From: Spirochaetia bacterium
GTDB lineage: Bacteria; Spirochaetota; Spirochaetia; WTKD01; G963693115
Direction: 5' to 3'
Length of the DNA stretch: 64,000 bases
Assembly: GCA_965196605.1 (NCBI GenBank)
Contig: CBDAKK010000003.1
Coordinates: forward strand, 16,821 to 80,820
Made by a program: the position numbers and the translations under genes. Positions 48,772 to 59,229 of the stretch are shown piece after piece; position 1 is the stretch's first letter, and each line of letters opens with the position of its first letter. The notes under the pieces were generated by a model, which made no database searches, was not told the DNA's origin, and saw only the letters and a list, made by a program, of their open reading frames with translations.

Positions 48772-50517
48772 TTATTTCAATATTTCCACGCGCTCTTTTC
48801 GCGCCCCTACGTAGTGTATTCGCAAAACGGGCTTGTCCTTAAAAAATTGTGTTTCAATTCTCACATCCTCATCTGCGTATTCTATTTCCTTTGTGAGTGC
48901 AAAGTCCACATATTCGCGCTTTTTTACCAGCGTGCCTTCTTTGTTAAAAAAAGACTCGCTGCTTTTCTCATGGAGAAATTTCTCATTTTTGTCTGAAGAA
49001 CTATTTGTGTTACTCTTGTAGTCGTAGCGCACCCTTGAAACAACGCTTTCTTTCTCAGTGCCATCTTCGGCCTTGCTTTTTTCGTAACGCAGCGTCTCAT
49101 ATTTTTTTCCGTCTCGATATTCTGTGCGCGCGCGCCATGTTACCCCCATTTCTTCTTCGGACTCTATGCTGCCGTCTTTTGCAAAGCTATAGGTTATTTT
49201 GTACTGCAGCGCGCCCTCGCTGTCGTAGCGTGCTGATTCTTTAAGCTGTCCAGTTTGCGTGTATTTTTTGTAATAGACAGATTTATCTGCATTTTGGTGA
49301 AATTCCTCTTCAAGGCCGCCGCCCGTAAAGTAATACACAAAGCGAACAAGCGACGTATCGCTATATTTTCGGTTAAGCGTACGCAGGGCACCCTTGCTGG
49401 TGTACTGGTAGGTCTCTGAGAACAACAGCTCTTGTCCTCCATAGCGCACCAGCAAATCCACTAAACCGTCGCTGCGAAGTTTTTGTATTTCCACAAACAG
49501 TGATCTCCCGGTATGCCGCTCCTCATAGCTTGGCACTCGAGTTGGCACTTCCTCTTGGGGCTCTTCCTCTTGACGCTCTTCCACCTCCGCATCTTTTTTT
49601 ACTGCTTCTTGGTTTGTCTTTGTCTCTGTTTTTTCGTCCTGCCTTGTTGCATCATCTTCGGCTGCGGAATTAGGCTGCTCAGTAGGGGGTTCACTCGTAT
49701 CTTCTTTTTTTACCAATGTGGTTTTTGCTTCCGCTTTTTGTGCAGTTTTACTTGCTTCGCGTACGACTGCCACCTCACTCAGTTTTTTTGTCTCTTCCAA
49801 TGCTGTCTCTTCCAAGGGCGCGTCTTGCGCATCTTTTGCAAGCTTTTCAACATTTTCCGTCTCTTCTTCAGCTTTTTGCGCAGTTTTACTTGCTTCGCCT
49901 ACCGTTGCCACCTCACTCAGTTCTTTTGTCTCTTCCAATGCTGTCTTTTCCAAGGGCGCGTCTTGCACATCTTTTGCAGGCTTTTCAACATTTTCCAGCG
50001 GAATATAGGGCACAAATATAACGTCATATATGCGATACAAAAGACCTCGGGTTTCTTTTAAAAAAATGCGCCCTTTCTTCTTGTCAAGCGTTTTTTCCAA
50101 ATAAGGCGAGTCATCTTCAAAGCGTCTTACGTAGACCTCTATTTCACCAAGCGGTATGCTCGAAGCTATTTTTTGCGGGTGGGCGTACCATGTGACACTG
50201 GTAGCGGCATCCTTGGGAGCTTCTTTATAACGCCCGGCGTACTCGTTTGGTATGAGTGGCTCGCGCTCTGCTTCTGTTGTGTCAGCTTCACTCTGTACTC
50301 CCTCTGTCCCTTCAGGCTCATTGGGTACGCCCGCAGTGTTAGGCGGAATGTGTATTTGCGCATGCGCTGCAAAGACTACAAAAACACAAAAGCTCAGCAA
50401 GGCCAAAAAAGGCTTTGCGGCGCTGCTGAGGGTAGTTTTGCGTGCGCATTGTGGCTGTCTTTTATTCTGATAAAAACTCACGAAGAAAAGACTCCTTTTC
50501 AAAGCTGCGCAGATCAC
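48772..50517 (-). CDS. exported acidic repeat protein, hypothetical
   Basis: Signal-like hydrophobic segment. Two tandem copies of an approximately 46-aa (139-bp) unit, EKPAKDVQDAPLEKTALEETKELSEVATVGEASKTAQKAE, at about 49735-50000. The first 56 bp overlap ftsY, so the true start is probably downstream. Confidence 0.4.
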   Translation of the reverse strand: MICAALKRSLFFVSFYQNKRQPQCARKTTLSSAAKPFLALLSFCVFVVFAAHAQIHIPPNTAGVPNEPEGTEGVQSEADTTEAEREPLIPNEYAGRYKEAPKDAATSVTWYAHPQKIASSIPLGEIEVYVRRFEDDSPYLEKTLDKKKGRIFLKETRGLLYRIYDVIFVPYIPLENVEKPAKDVQDAPLEKTALEETKELSEVATVGEASKTAQKAEEETENVEKLAKDAQDAPLEETALEETKKLSEVAVVREASKTAQKAEAKTTLVKKEDTSEPPTEQPNSAAEDDATRQDEKTETKTNQEAVKKDAEVEERQEEEPQEEVPTRVPSYEERHTGRSLFVEIQKLRSDGLVDLLVRYGGQELLFSETYQYTSKGALRTLNRKYSDTSLVRFVYYFTGGGLEEEFHQNADKSVYYKKYTQTGQLKESARYDSEGALQYKITYSFAKDGSIESEEEMGVTWRARTEYRDGKKYETLRYEKSKAEDGTEKESVVSRVRYDYKSNTNSSSDKNEKFLHEKSSESFFNKEGTLVKKREYVDFALTKEIEYADEDVRIETQFFKDKPVLRIHYVGARKERVEILK

Positions 50518-51334
50518 TGTAACTCTCGCCAGTGCCTACAAATGCACAAGGCAAGGCGCATTCTTGCGCTATGCTGATGATAACGCCGCCTCGTGTACTG
50601 CCGTCATATTTTGAAAGAATGAGCGCATCCACAGGCACGGCTTCCGCAAAGTCCTTAACCTGATTTACCGTGTTAAGCCCGCTGTTGCCGTCTATGACAA
50701 TAAATGCGATGATGTTTTTTGCATCAACCTGCTTTTGTACAATGCGGTGTATTTTTTCCAACTGTGCGATGAGGTCTTTTCGCGTGTTCATGCGCCCTGC
50801 CGTGTCTACAAGCACATATTGCTGAGAGGTGCTTTTGGCATGTGATATTGCATCGTAAACCACGGCGGCGGGGTCAGCACCATCTTGTTGCCGCACGCAG
50901 GTAAGCCCCAAGGCCTGTGCGTGTTTTTCAAGTTGTAGTGCCGCTGCAGCCCGAAAGGTGTCCCCTGCTGCAAGGGTGATAGCCTGTTGCGCTACCCCCT
51001 GTTCATGCATAAGCTGGTGAGCAAACTTTGCTATGCTGGTGGTTTTGCCAACGCCGTTTACTCCCACAAACATGCACACCGTCGGTAGCTGTGCATTGTG
51101 AGGCGCATCAAACCTCGGGCTGTCTAAAATTAAAGGACGCAATATATCAGTAAGCGTGGAGACAATTTTCACGCTGTTGCTTGAAATGCCTAGTCGTTCT
51201 TCCAAAGTTGCAATGGCTTTAAAACACAGTTTGGGAGCAAGCCCCGACTGTAAAAGCACGTCTTCAAGCTCGGCTATGCTGATAGAAGCTTCCTTGCTTC
51301 TAAAAAGCCTGCCTATGGTACGTAATAACCCCAT
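50462..51334 (-). CDS. ftsY: signal recognition particle receptor FtsY (NG domain only)
   Basis: G1 motif GVNGVGKTTSIAKFA, plus DTAGR and SKYDGS motifs. Confidence 0.75.
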   Translation of the reverse strand: MGLLRTIGRLFRSKEASISIAELEDVLLQSGLAPKLCFKAIATLEERLGISSNSVKIVSTLTDILRPLILDSPRFDAPHNAQLPTVCMFVGVNGVGKTTSIAKFAHQLMHEQGVAQQAITLAAGDTFRAAAALQLEKHAQALGLTCVRQQDGADPAAVVYDAISHAKSTSQQYVLVDTAGRMNTRKDLIAQLEKIHRIVQKQVDAKNIIAFIVIDGNSGLNTVNQVKDFAEAVPVDALILSKYDGSTRGGVIISIAQECALPCAFVGTGESYSDLRSFEKESFLREFLSE

Positions 51335-51404
51335 TCTTCCTCCATTTCATCTGCACTTACGATTTTAAGTAATACTACTATTGTAGTTCACTTTTCCTTA
51401 AAGC

Positions 51405-52928
51405 TTATCTATCGTGATATTCGCTTGCCGTGCGCAAGTAAAAAATGAGTTCTACAAAGGCGTAAATGCTCATGCCTGCGGAAAGGACGGCAGTCCCTAT
51501 GTAAGAATAATAATATGCTTGGCGCCGTTCATCAGACTCTATAAGAGATTGGCGAGATACTTGCTTGTTTTTGTTAGCTGCAAGGAGAGCAGCGTTTTCA
51601 CCTGTGTAAAGACTGTTTAAGACAATGGGCGGAATAAGCGATGCGCCAAAGACGGCAAAGGCGGTGTAAAAGCGATTACGCCGTTGTTTCAAACGATCTT
51701 TAAGCGGCACGGCATAAATAGGCTTTAGCGTTGCTGACATAGTCGCGGGTGCAACGCTGTTAATAGTAAGCCGCGTGTCTTCATGCTCGGCTAGTCTCAA
51801 TTCAACTTGGTCTGCAAGATCACCCACGGGACGAGAAAGTACCATAGGTGTATTGCCCATCCATTGTGAATTAACATACACACGTGCGCCCGCGGGTTCT
51901 GATAAAAGCGTAACGGTGTTTTCCGCGTCCGCGTTAAACAAGACACGGCGCAGGGCTTCATCGCCTTCCTTAAGCTCAACCAAGAGGGTGCGCTGCTGCC
52001 CTTGAAAAGACACCATTACCGCGTGGCTTCCCACCTCTATAACACGCAAGTCTACAGAGCCAAAGCCAACGACGTTGCCATCCACCAATATTGGCGCATC
52101 TTCAACACGACTACGCCATGTGCTTTCTTCTGAATCTATTGCTACCTCAATGCGCAAAGCAGCTGCGGGCGCGCCGAGTATGTGCGTGTTAATTGCTTTT
52201 TGTAAGCCATCTTGTATCAAGGCTACTTTTTCCTCATGCATGATGGTTTGCATAACTTGCTGTTTTTCTTCTGCAATTGCATTGTAGTCATAAAGGGTTA
52301 TAATAATGTACCCGTCTTCAAGTTCATTGAGTGTAAAATACAAGAGCGCGTCCGCAGACAATTCATCCGCAATAGCCTGTAAGTCTTGCGTGCGCTTTGC
52401 CCACATGTACGTGGACTGCTCAATAAACTTTACGGGCAATGTAGATTCCAAGGGAATGTCCGCAACTTTTAGAGCTTCTATTTTCTTTATTTTCTTTTTC
52501 AGTTCGTCGAGTGTTTTTTTCTCCTTTGCGCGCGTAGCCCATGCCGACTTGTTATTGTCTGAGAGTACTGCGCTTTCGTGTTTTGTAATAGCCTCACTTA
52601 ATTGCTTTTGCAATGAGGCAAGCGCCTTAACACGCAGTCGCTCTTTTGCTTTTACGTGCTCCTCGGGGTTCATCTTGTGAGTTGGTACCGACTTTACGGC
52701 ATCGTCTAAAAGAGAATTAAGAAAGAGGGCAGTCTTGCGCACGGCACTGCTCATGGCATCAAAGTTATCAGTGCGCACACCAAGTACCGCAACGTCCCAT
52801 GAGGACATGAAGGCATTTTTTCCACGTTGTTGTGTATTTTCCCCTTGCGAAAATGCAACGAGGTTTATAAAAGCACAGGTAACACACAACAAAAATTTAC
52901 GCACATTACGAAGATGCATTTTATGCAT
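51405..52928 (-). CDS. hypothetical exported/membrane protein
   Basis: 507 aa with an N-terminal signal peptide and C-terminal TM segments. No family recognised. Confidence 0.35.
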   Translation of the reverse strand: MHKMHLRNVRKFLLCVTCAFINLVAFSQGENTQQRGKNAFMSSWDVAVLGVRTDNFDAMSSAVRKTALFLNSLLDDAVKSVPTHKMNPEEHVKAKERLRVKALASLQKQLSEAITKHESAVLSDNNKSAWATRAKEKKTLDELKKKIKKIEALKVADIPLESTLPVKFIEQSTYMWAKRTQDLQAIADELSADALLYFTLNELEDGYIIITLYDYNAIAEEKQQVMQTIMHEEKVALIQDGLQKAINTHILGAPAAALRIEVAIDSEESTWRSRVEDAPILVDGNVVGFGSVDLRVIEVGSHAVMVSFQGQQRTLLVELKEGDEALRRVLFNADAENTVTLLSEPAGARVYVNSQWMGNTPMVLSRPVGDLADQVELRLAEHEDTRLTINSVAPATMSATLKPIYAVPLKDRLKQRRNRFYTAFAVFGASLIPPIVLNSLYTGENAALLAANKNKQVSRQSLIESDERRQAYYYSYIGTAVLSAGMSIYAFVELIFYLRTASEYHDR

Positions 52929-54031
52929 AGGCTTGCTCCTGCAAATACGCGCTTATAAACGCGTCTATTTCGCCGTTCATAACCGCTTGGACGTTGCCCG
53001 TCTCGGTGTTGGTTCTGTGGTCTTTGACCAAGCAGTAGGGGTGAAACACATATGAACGAATTTGATTGCCCCATGCAATGTCTTTTTTCTGATGCATGCT
53101 TTTTTCACGCTCTGCTTGTTTTTCTTGCTGCTGTTGTTCATGCAAGCGGCTTTTTAAAATTTTAAGCGCCGTACTCTTGTTTTTGTGCTGTGAGCGCTCG
53201 TTTTGGCACTGCACTACAATGCCCGTAGGCATGTGCGTAATGCGCACCGCCGAGTCGGTTTTGTTTACATGCTGCCCACCCGCGCCGCTTGCACGGTAGG
53301 TGTCTATGCGTATCTCTTCCGCGTTTATTTCCACTTCCAAGGCGTCCTCAATAACTGGTGAGGCGTGCACAGACGCAAAGGTTGTGTGTCTACGTCCGCT
53401 GCTGTCAAAGGGTGAAATGCGCACAAGCCTGTGAATGCCCGTTTCGGCGTGTAAGTAACCATAAGCATATGAACCACGCACCTCAATAACAGCGGACTTA
53501 ATTCCACCTTCGGCATATTGCATATCCAAGGTGCTGGTTTTAAAGCCCTTGTCTTCACACCAACGCATGTAGAGCCGCGTAAGCATTTGCACCCAGTCGC
53601 AAGACTCCGTGCCGCCTGCCCCAGTGTGAATAGTCAAAAACGCATTCCCTGCATCGTGAGGACCACTGAGCAAGGACTGTGTTTTCAGTGCCTCAAAGGC
53701 GTTGTGCGTCTGCTGGTAATCCAAAAGCAGTTGCGCACGCGTTGTCTTTTGCTCTTCTTCGTCTGCTTCTTTTAACAATTCGTACAACACCAGCATGTCT
53801 TCTGTAGACTCTTTGAGTTCTTGCCAAGCTTGTAAAAACTTCTTTTTTTCATTTAATGCGCCAAAGGTACGCTCTGCCTCTTGGCGGTCGTCCCAAAAGT
53901 GCTCTTCTTGTGTTTGTGCTTCCAGCGTCTCTATTTCTCGGTTCAGTTTTTCCGAGTCAAAGACGCCTCCAGTTTTCCATAACATCCTTTTCAAGTGATG
54001 CTAAAAGCTCAGGAATTTCCATTACATCCAT
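52921..54031 (-). CDS. prfB: peptide chain release factor 2, with programmed +1 ribosomal frameshift
   Basis: Segment 1 (54031..53960) encodes MDVMEIPELLASLEKDVMENWRRL and ends at CTT followed by an in-frame TGA (53959..53957). Segment 2 (53958..52921) continues DSEKLNREIETLEAQ... to a product with SGAGGQHVNKTDSAVRITHMPTGIVVQCQNERSQHKNK (RF2 GGQ region). The track ORF 52921..53994 is the post-shift frame only. Confidence 0.85.
53957..53970 (-). promoter_or_regulatory. prfB autoregulatory frameshift site: internal SD-like GGAGG, 3-nt spacer CGU, slippery CUU, then UGA-C
   Basis: The mRNA reads GGAGG CGU CUU UGA C. This has the same architecture as E. coli AGGGGG UAU CUU UGA C. Confidence 0.8.
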
Positions 54032-54276
54032 AGTTACAAAGTATATCATGCTATGCTTTTTTCATATTTTACATGGATGCGCACATGCAAAAACATAGCG
54101 TTACAAAGTTCAATTCATGCGCCACGCTCCAAATATCATACCCTTTACAAAATCGCTAAAATACACATGTTATTATCATATTTGCAATGTAAAAGTAATA
54201 TTTTTGATATGTAATCGCAACACACATAATGTTATAATCACACTATATTCACATATGAACGATTAAGGAGTTTGTA

Positions 54277-55083
54277 ATGGAAAAAAAGATGATTGCCGAA
54301 CTACACGCAGAAGTACGAAAAACAAACCCACTGATACACAACATTACTAACTACGTGGTCATGAACACGACTGCAAATGCGCTGCTAGCGGCGGGGGCAT
54401 CTCCTGTCATGGCGCATGCCAAAGAAGAAGTCGCAGACATTGTAGCAATTGCCTCGGCGTTGGTCATAAACATAGGTACGCTGAGCGAACATTGGGTAGA
54501 GAGTATGCTTCTCGCTGCTGAAAAAGCACAGGCATGCGACACGCCATGTGTGCTAGACCCCGTGGGCTCGGGTGCGTCTTTATACAGGACGCAAACTTGT
54601 AACGCGCTTGTCAAGCGTGGACGGCCGCGCGTCATACGAGGCAACGCCTCAGAAATTATGAGCCTGAGCGCATGTGAGGTTGCAACCAAGGGTGTGGACA
54701 GCACGGTGGAAAGCAAGAACGCGGTTGATGCTGCTAAGGCATTAGCGGAGCAAACGGGGGCGACCGTAGTGGTAAGCGGCGAGGTTGATTATGTGGTTTC
54801 TCCAAACAAAATAAGTGAGCTTAAAAATGGCAATGTACTTATGTCGCGCGTTACTGGCATGGGTTGTACTGCAAGCGCGCTCATTGGTGCTTTTGTGGCA
54901 GTGGAAAACGATGCACACGCAGCAGCGCTTGGGGCAATGGCACTTATGGGCGTTGCTGGAGACATGGCTGCTGAAAAAGCACAGGCGCCCGCAAGTTTTC
55001 AAATGGCTTTCATCGACACTTTGTATGAGCTACGCACAGAGGATGTGGCAACGCGGCTTGTGATCAATACCTATGACTATTGA
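54277..55083 (+). CDS. thiM: hydroxyethylthiazole kinase
   Basis: 268 aa. ThiM family N-terminus (NPLIHNITNYVVMNTTANALLAAGASPVMA). AAGGAG ribosome-binding site. Confidence 0.8.
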   Translation: MEKKMIAELHAEVRKTNPLIHNITNYVVMNTTANALLAAGASPVMAHAKEEVADIVAIASALVINIGTLSEHWVESMLLAAEKAQACDTPCVLDPVGSGASLYRTQTCNALVKRGRPRVIRGNASEIMSLSACEVATKGVDSTVESKNAVDAAKALAEQTGATVVVSGEVDYVVSPNKISELKNGNVLMSRVTGMGCTASALIGAFVAVENDAHAAALGAMALMGVAGDMAAEKAQAPASFQMAFIDTLYELRTEDVATRLVINTYDY

Positions 55084-55714
55084 TTACTCACTTATGTTTG
55101 TTACCGATGAGCGCATTGTCGATGATGAGCGTTTTTTTGAAATTCTGCACGCTGCGTTGGAAGGTGGTGTGTCTATGGTGCAGTTGCGCGAGAAAAAGGC
55201 AAGCACGCGCTTTGTTTATAAACGCGCTCTTACAGTCAAGGCATTGTGCAAAAAACACCGCGTGCCCTTTGTGGTAAACGACCGGGTTGATGTTGCACTT
55301 GCGGTGGATGCAGACGGGGTACATGTGGGACAAGACGACATGCCCATAAATGTTGCGCGCAAGCTTTTAGGGAGCAATAAAATACTGGGGCTTTCAGTGA
55401 GCTGTGAGCGTGAGGTGCTGCAAGCAGCGCATGAAGAAGTCGACTATTTGGGGGCATCCCCAATTTTTGCAACAAACACAAAGCGTGAAAATTTGGCAGA
55501 GCCCCTAGGGCTTGTGGGGCTTGCCGCCATGAGCAAGTTGAGCAACAAGCCCATAGTCGCTATTGGTGGCATAACCACGGCTAACGCCAAAGCGGTCATG
55601 CAACACGGCGCGCAAGGAGTTGCCGTGGTTTCGGAAATTTCACAAACAGAAAATTCACAAGAGAACACTAAAATATTACGGAGGATCATATGCAAAACTG
55701 GCATGAAAGTGTAA
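55073..55714 (+). CDS. thiE: thiamine-phosphate synthase
   Basis: 213 aa ThiE fold (VQLREKK..., GASPIFATNTK). Overlaps thiM by 11 bp. Confidence 0.8.
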   Translation: MTIDYSLMFVTDERIVDDERFFEILHAALEGGVSMVQLREKKASTRFVYKRALTVKALCKKHRVPFVVNDRVDVALAVDADGVHVGQDDMPINVARKLLGSNKILGLSVSCEREVLQAAHEEVDYLGASPIFATNTKRENLAEPLGLVGLAAMSKLSNKPIVAIGGITTANAKAVMQHGAQGVAVVSEISQTENSQENTKILRRIICKTGMKV

Positions 55715-56340
55715 GGGAGAAAACTGATTATATTTTAAAGGCTATTTTCAAGCACAAGTTTATAGAAGCCTTACTTACAGGCAAATTGAACCCTAAAATC
55801 TTTACTTTTTATGTGCAACAAGATGTTTTATATCTTTCAGAATATCGGCGTGTAGTGGCCTTACTCGCATCTCGACTTGATGACACAGAGCATTCGCAAT
55901 TTTTTATGGATTCTGCTACAAAAATAATTTCCGTTGAAGGTGAGGTGCACAACACATTTTTAAAAGGGAATAATGATATGCCTGCGCATTCTCCAACGTG
56001 TCAATTGTACATAAGCTACCTGAGTAGAATAGTCAACACGCAGGTTGTGGAAATTGGCATGGCTGCTATTTTGCCATGTTTTACGATTTACCGAGAGGTG
56101 GGGGAATATATTTTGAAAAACCAAAGGGCTCAGAAAAACCCGTACCAAGACTGGATAGACACCTATGGTAGCGAAGACTTTGCTAAGACGACCGATACTG
56201 TGATAGAAATTTGCAATTACTATGCTCAAATTACAAACAATGTCACAAAATTGGCTATGGAAAAGGCTTTCATCATGTCTTCAAAATTGGAATGGATGTT
56301 TTGGGACAGCGCATATAATATGGAACAATGGAAAATATGA
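55690..56340 (+). CDS. tenA: TenA/thiaminase II family aminopyrimidine aminohydrolase
   Basis: 216 aa. TenA-like helical bundle signature (FTFYVQQDVLYL). Confidence 0.7.
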   Translation: MQNWHESVREKTDYILKAIFKHKFIEALLTGKLNPKIFTFYVQQDVLYLSEYRRVVALLASRLDDTEHSQFFMDSATKIISVEGEVHNTFLKGNNDMPAHSPTCQLYISYLSRIVNTQVVEIGMAAILPCFTIYREVGEYILKNQRAQKNPYQDWIDTYGSEDFAKTTDTVIEICNYYAQITNNVTKLAMEKAFIMSSKLEWMFWDSAYNMEQWKI

Positions 56341-57140
56341 CGCAAAAATTCCACGATGTTGTCTTGGCAATTGCAGGTAGTGACTCAGGTGGTTGCGCAG
56401 GTATTCAGGCTGACATAAAGAGCATTAGCGCAAATGGCGCATTTGCAAGCAGCGCTATAACTGCTATTACAGCGCAAAACACCCTCGGCGTACAACATAT
56501 TTTTCCTCTTCCGCTTAGCACAATTGTAGCGCAAATTCGTTCAGTCTTAAGCGACATAGAGGTACAGTCCATTAAAATAGGAATGCTCCATTCAGTAGAA
56601 GTTATTGAAGCCGTGCAAGATGTTCTTAGTGAGTATGAAACCATACCCATGGTCATAGACCCCGTCATGGTCGCTGCTTCTGGAGACAGGCTCATAAATG
56701 ATGACGCGGTACATGCCTTACAAGCCTTTTTGCCCAAAGCTATGCTTGTTACGCCTAATATTCCAGAGGCTCAAATATTGTTAGAGGGTGCGACCATTAA
56801 CAAAGAAACCATGAGCAAAGACGCGAGGCAACTTGGTAAGATGTACCGCACATCGGTGTTGTTGAAAGGAGGGCATTTACAAACAAAGAGCGCTATGTGT
56901 GATGTTTTGTATTTGTACTCAGAAGATAGACACATAGTTTTTAAAAGCGAGTATGTAAATACGAAAAACACACACGGCACCGGTTGCACGCTTTCTTCTG
57001 CCATTGCTGCGCATATAGCGCAAGGCAAAAATTTAGAGCACGCGTGTGGCGCTGCGCATGAGTATTTGGCCTCTGCCATAAAGGCGGGCGCACACATACA
57101 GCTTGGCAAGGGAGCGGGTCCCGTGCATCACTTTCATTAG
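56328..57140 (+). CDS. thiD: hydroxymethylpyrimidine/phosphomethylpyrimidine kinase
   Basis: 270 aa. VLAIAGSDSGGCAGIQADIKS, ribokinase-like fold. Confidence 0.8.
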   Translation: MENMTQKFHDVVLAIAGSDSGGCAGIQADIKSISANGAFASSAITAITAQNTLGVQHIFPLPLSTIVAQIRSVLSDIEVQSIKIGMLHSVEVIEAVQDVLSEYETIPMVIDPVMVAASGDRLINDDAVHALQAFLPKAMLVTPNIPEAQILLEGATINKETMSKDARQLGKMYRTSVLLKGGHLQTKSAMCDVLYLYSEDRHIVFKSEYVNTKNTHGTGCTLSSAIAAHIAQGKNLEHACGAAHEYLASAIKAGAHIQLGKGAGPVHHFH

Positions 57141-57180
57141 GTAAGCCTAGGAGAGAAGTAAGCGCTCTGTTGGAGTTGGG

Positions 57181-58113
57181 TTAGTCACATACGGACAAAA
57201 CAATTTTACCCCGTGCTCTGTTGGTTTGACTTAACGTGTGTGCGTCCTTGGCTTGTTCAAGCGGGAACACTGTTTCCAAGTAGGTTTTAATGTTTCCTTC
57301 ATCGACTAAGTCGCCAATTTCTTTAAGTTGCGCTGTGTTGGGTTGAACAAATACAAAGTCGCTTTTTATATTCTTTGTTTCCGTTGCATCAACCACAGAC
57401 TTTTCAACAATGGAAACCAAATGCCCGCCGTCTTTGAGCACTTTCAAAGAACGATGAAAGGTATCTCCTGCAATAGCATTGAGAACAACGTCTACATTCG
57501 TAACTACATCTTCAAATGCAACCTTGGTATAATCAACCATTTCATCAACCCCAAGTTCATGTAAAAAGTCGTAGTTGCGATTAGAGGCGGTGCCGATAAC
57601 ATACGCACCCCGTGCCTTTGCTAGTTGTACCGCAAAAATACCAACGCCACCTGCCGCAGCGTGAATTAAAACTCGCTGCCCTGCGCGAAGCTGGGCGGTT
57701 TCAAAAAGGGCTTGCCATGCGGTTAATGCAGCAAGCGGAATTGATGCGGCGTGTATGTGGTCAAGCGACTGAGGCTTGGGTGCAATCTCGCTGGCTTTGA
57801 CGGCAATGTATTCGGCGTAGGCTCCGTTTCTAAAAATATCGGGGCGCGAATAAACAGCGTCACCCTTTTTGAAATTGCCTACCTCGCTTCCCACAGCTTC
57901 AACAAGTCCTGAAAGGTCCCAGCCTAAAATGAGCGGCATTTTATAAGGGACTCGTTCTCGTAAATAGCCTTGGCGTATTTTCCAATCTACGGGGTTCACG
58001 GCTGCGGCGCATACTTTAATCAGTACTTCATCATTCTTAATGGTAGGGATAGGGGCATCCTCATATCGTAAAACACCTTCGTCACCATACTCGTGTATTC
58101 TTATAGCTTTCAT
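57181..58113 (-). CDS. NADPH:quinone oxidoreductase / zinc-type alcohol dehydrogenase superfamily (MDR) protein
   Basis: [23 protein letters not shown]... with Rossmann motif HAAAGGVG. Confidence 0.7.
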   Translation of the reverse strand: MKAIRIHEYGDEGVLRYEDAPIPTIKNDEVLIKVCAAAVNPVDWKIRQGYLRERVPYKMPLILGWDLSGLVEAVGSEVGNFKKGDAVYSRPDIFRNGAYAEYIAVKASEIAPKPQSLDHIHAASIPLAALTAWQALFETAQLRAGQRVLIHAAAGGVGIFAVQLAKARGAYVIGTASNRNYDFLHELGVDEMVDYTKVAFEDVVTNVDVVLNAIAGDTFHRSLKVLKDGGHLVSIVEKSVVDATETKNIKSDFVFVQPNTAQLKEIGDLVDEGNIKTYLETVFPLEQAKDAHTLSQTNRARGKIVLSVCD

Positions 58114-58288
58114 GCTACCTCCTTAAAAATAACAATTGTGTATTAGTATACAAAATATCACGCGGCACTTTCAGGGTGTTTTCTTGGCTTCGTTTTTCTC
58201 ATTTGTAAGGCGCCTGCTTATCAGACATGGGTTATATGTTTTAAAATAGTGGTATATTCAAAGTAATATTTTAGAGGAGCGTCTAAGC

Positions 58289-59167
58289 ATGAAGTATGGC
58301 ATTTATTATTCGTACTGGACAAAAACATGGGGCGATGATTTTTTCCCCTACATTGCAAAGTCCCGCGAATTGGGTTTTGATGCAATAGAGATAAATGGTG
58401 GATACCTTACAAGCCTTTCAAGGGCAGAACTGGATGCTATAAGTGAGGAACTAGCGCGCCATGCATTGGCGACTTCGTATTGTTATGGACTCCCTCCGGA
58501 TTTAGACATAGCATCGGAATCAAAAGAGATGCAAAAAAAGGGCATGGACAAACTGAAACAAGTAATAGACGCCGTAGCACACCTGAAAGGCAGCTTGCTT
58601 GTTGGGCTTATGCACGCGGCGTGGAATGCCTCTATAAGCGAAATTTCAGAAAAGGAAAAGGCGCGCGAAATAAGCTTGCAAAATTTTTCTGTGATTGCAG
58701 ATTATGCGCAAGGTGCGGGTATTACGCTAGGCGTTGAAATTGTAAACAGGTTTGAGCAGTTCATTCTCAACACCGCCGCGGAGGGTGTTGCTTACTTACA
58801 GGATTTGAACAAAGAAAACGTCAAGCTACACCTCGACACCTTTCACATGAACATAGAAGAAAAATCGCTTGAGGAGGGTTTTTATACCGCAGGAGCGCAG
58901 CTTGCTCATGTGCACATTGGCGAGAACAACCGCACGCCTCCGGGTGGTGGTCATTTAAATTGGGTGAACATATTGTCGACTTTGCACAGAATGAATTACC
59001 AAGGGCTTATTGTGATGGAGCCCTTTATAAGCCCCAACACACCCATAGCGCGCGATGTTGCTTTGTGGCGCGACATGTTCCGCGGCAAGGAAGACAAAGA
59101 CGCCTTGCTGAAAAATTCGCTTGATTATATGCGCCACCTTGATACACTGTGCGAACTTGCAAAGTAA
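58289..59167 (+). CDS. D-psicose/D-tagatose 3-epimerase-like sugar isomerase (xylose-isomerase-like TIM barrel)
   Basis: The N-terminus MKYGIYYSYWTKTWGDDFFPYIAKSRELGFDAIEI closely parallels ketose 3-epimerases (MKHGIYYAYWEQEW...). GGAGG ribosome-binding site. Confidence 0.65.
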   Translation: MKYGIYYSYWTKTWGDDFFPYIAKSRELGFDAIEINGGYLTSLSRAELDAISEELARHALATSYCYGLPPDLDIASESKEMQKKGMDKLKQVIDAVAHLKGSLLVGLMHAAWNASISEISEKEKAREISLQNFSVIADYAQGAGITLGVEIVNRFEQFILNTAAEGVAYLQDLNKENVKLHLDTFHMNIEEKSLEEGFYTAGAQLAHVHIGENNRTPPGGGHLNWVNILSTLHRMNYQGLIVMEPFISPNTPIARDVALWRDMFRGKEDKDALLKNSLDYMRHLDTLCELAK

Positions 59168-59229
59168 GGAAACTTTGAAACAAGTTTCCACCTCACAGCT
59201 TGTGTAGCAATAAACTTTGGTAATTCACC

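Noticed and set aside
54040-54276. Expected TPP riboswitch upstream of thiM
   Set aside because: No THI-box consensus elements could be found by eye. This is reported as an absence in the findings rather than as a feature.
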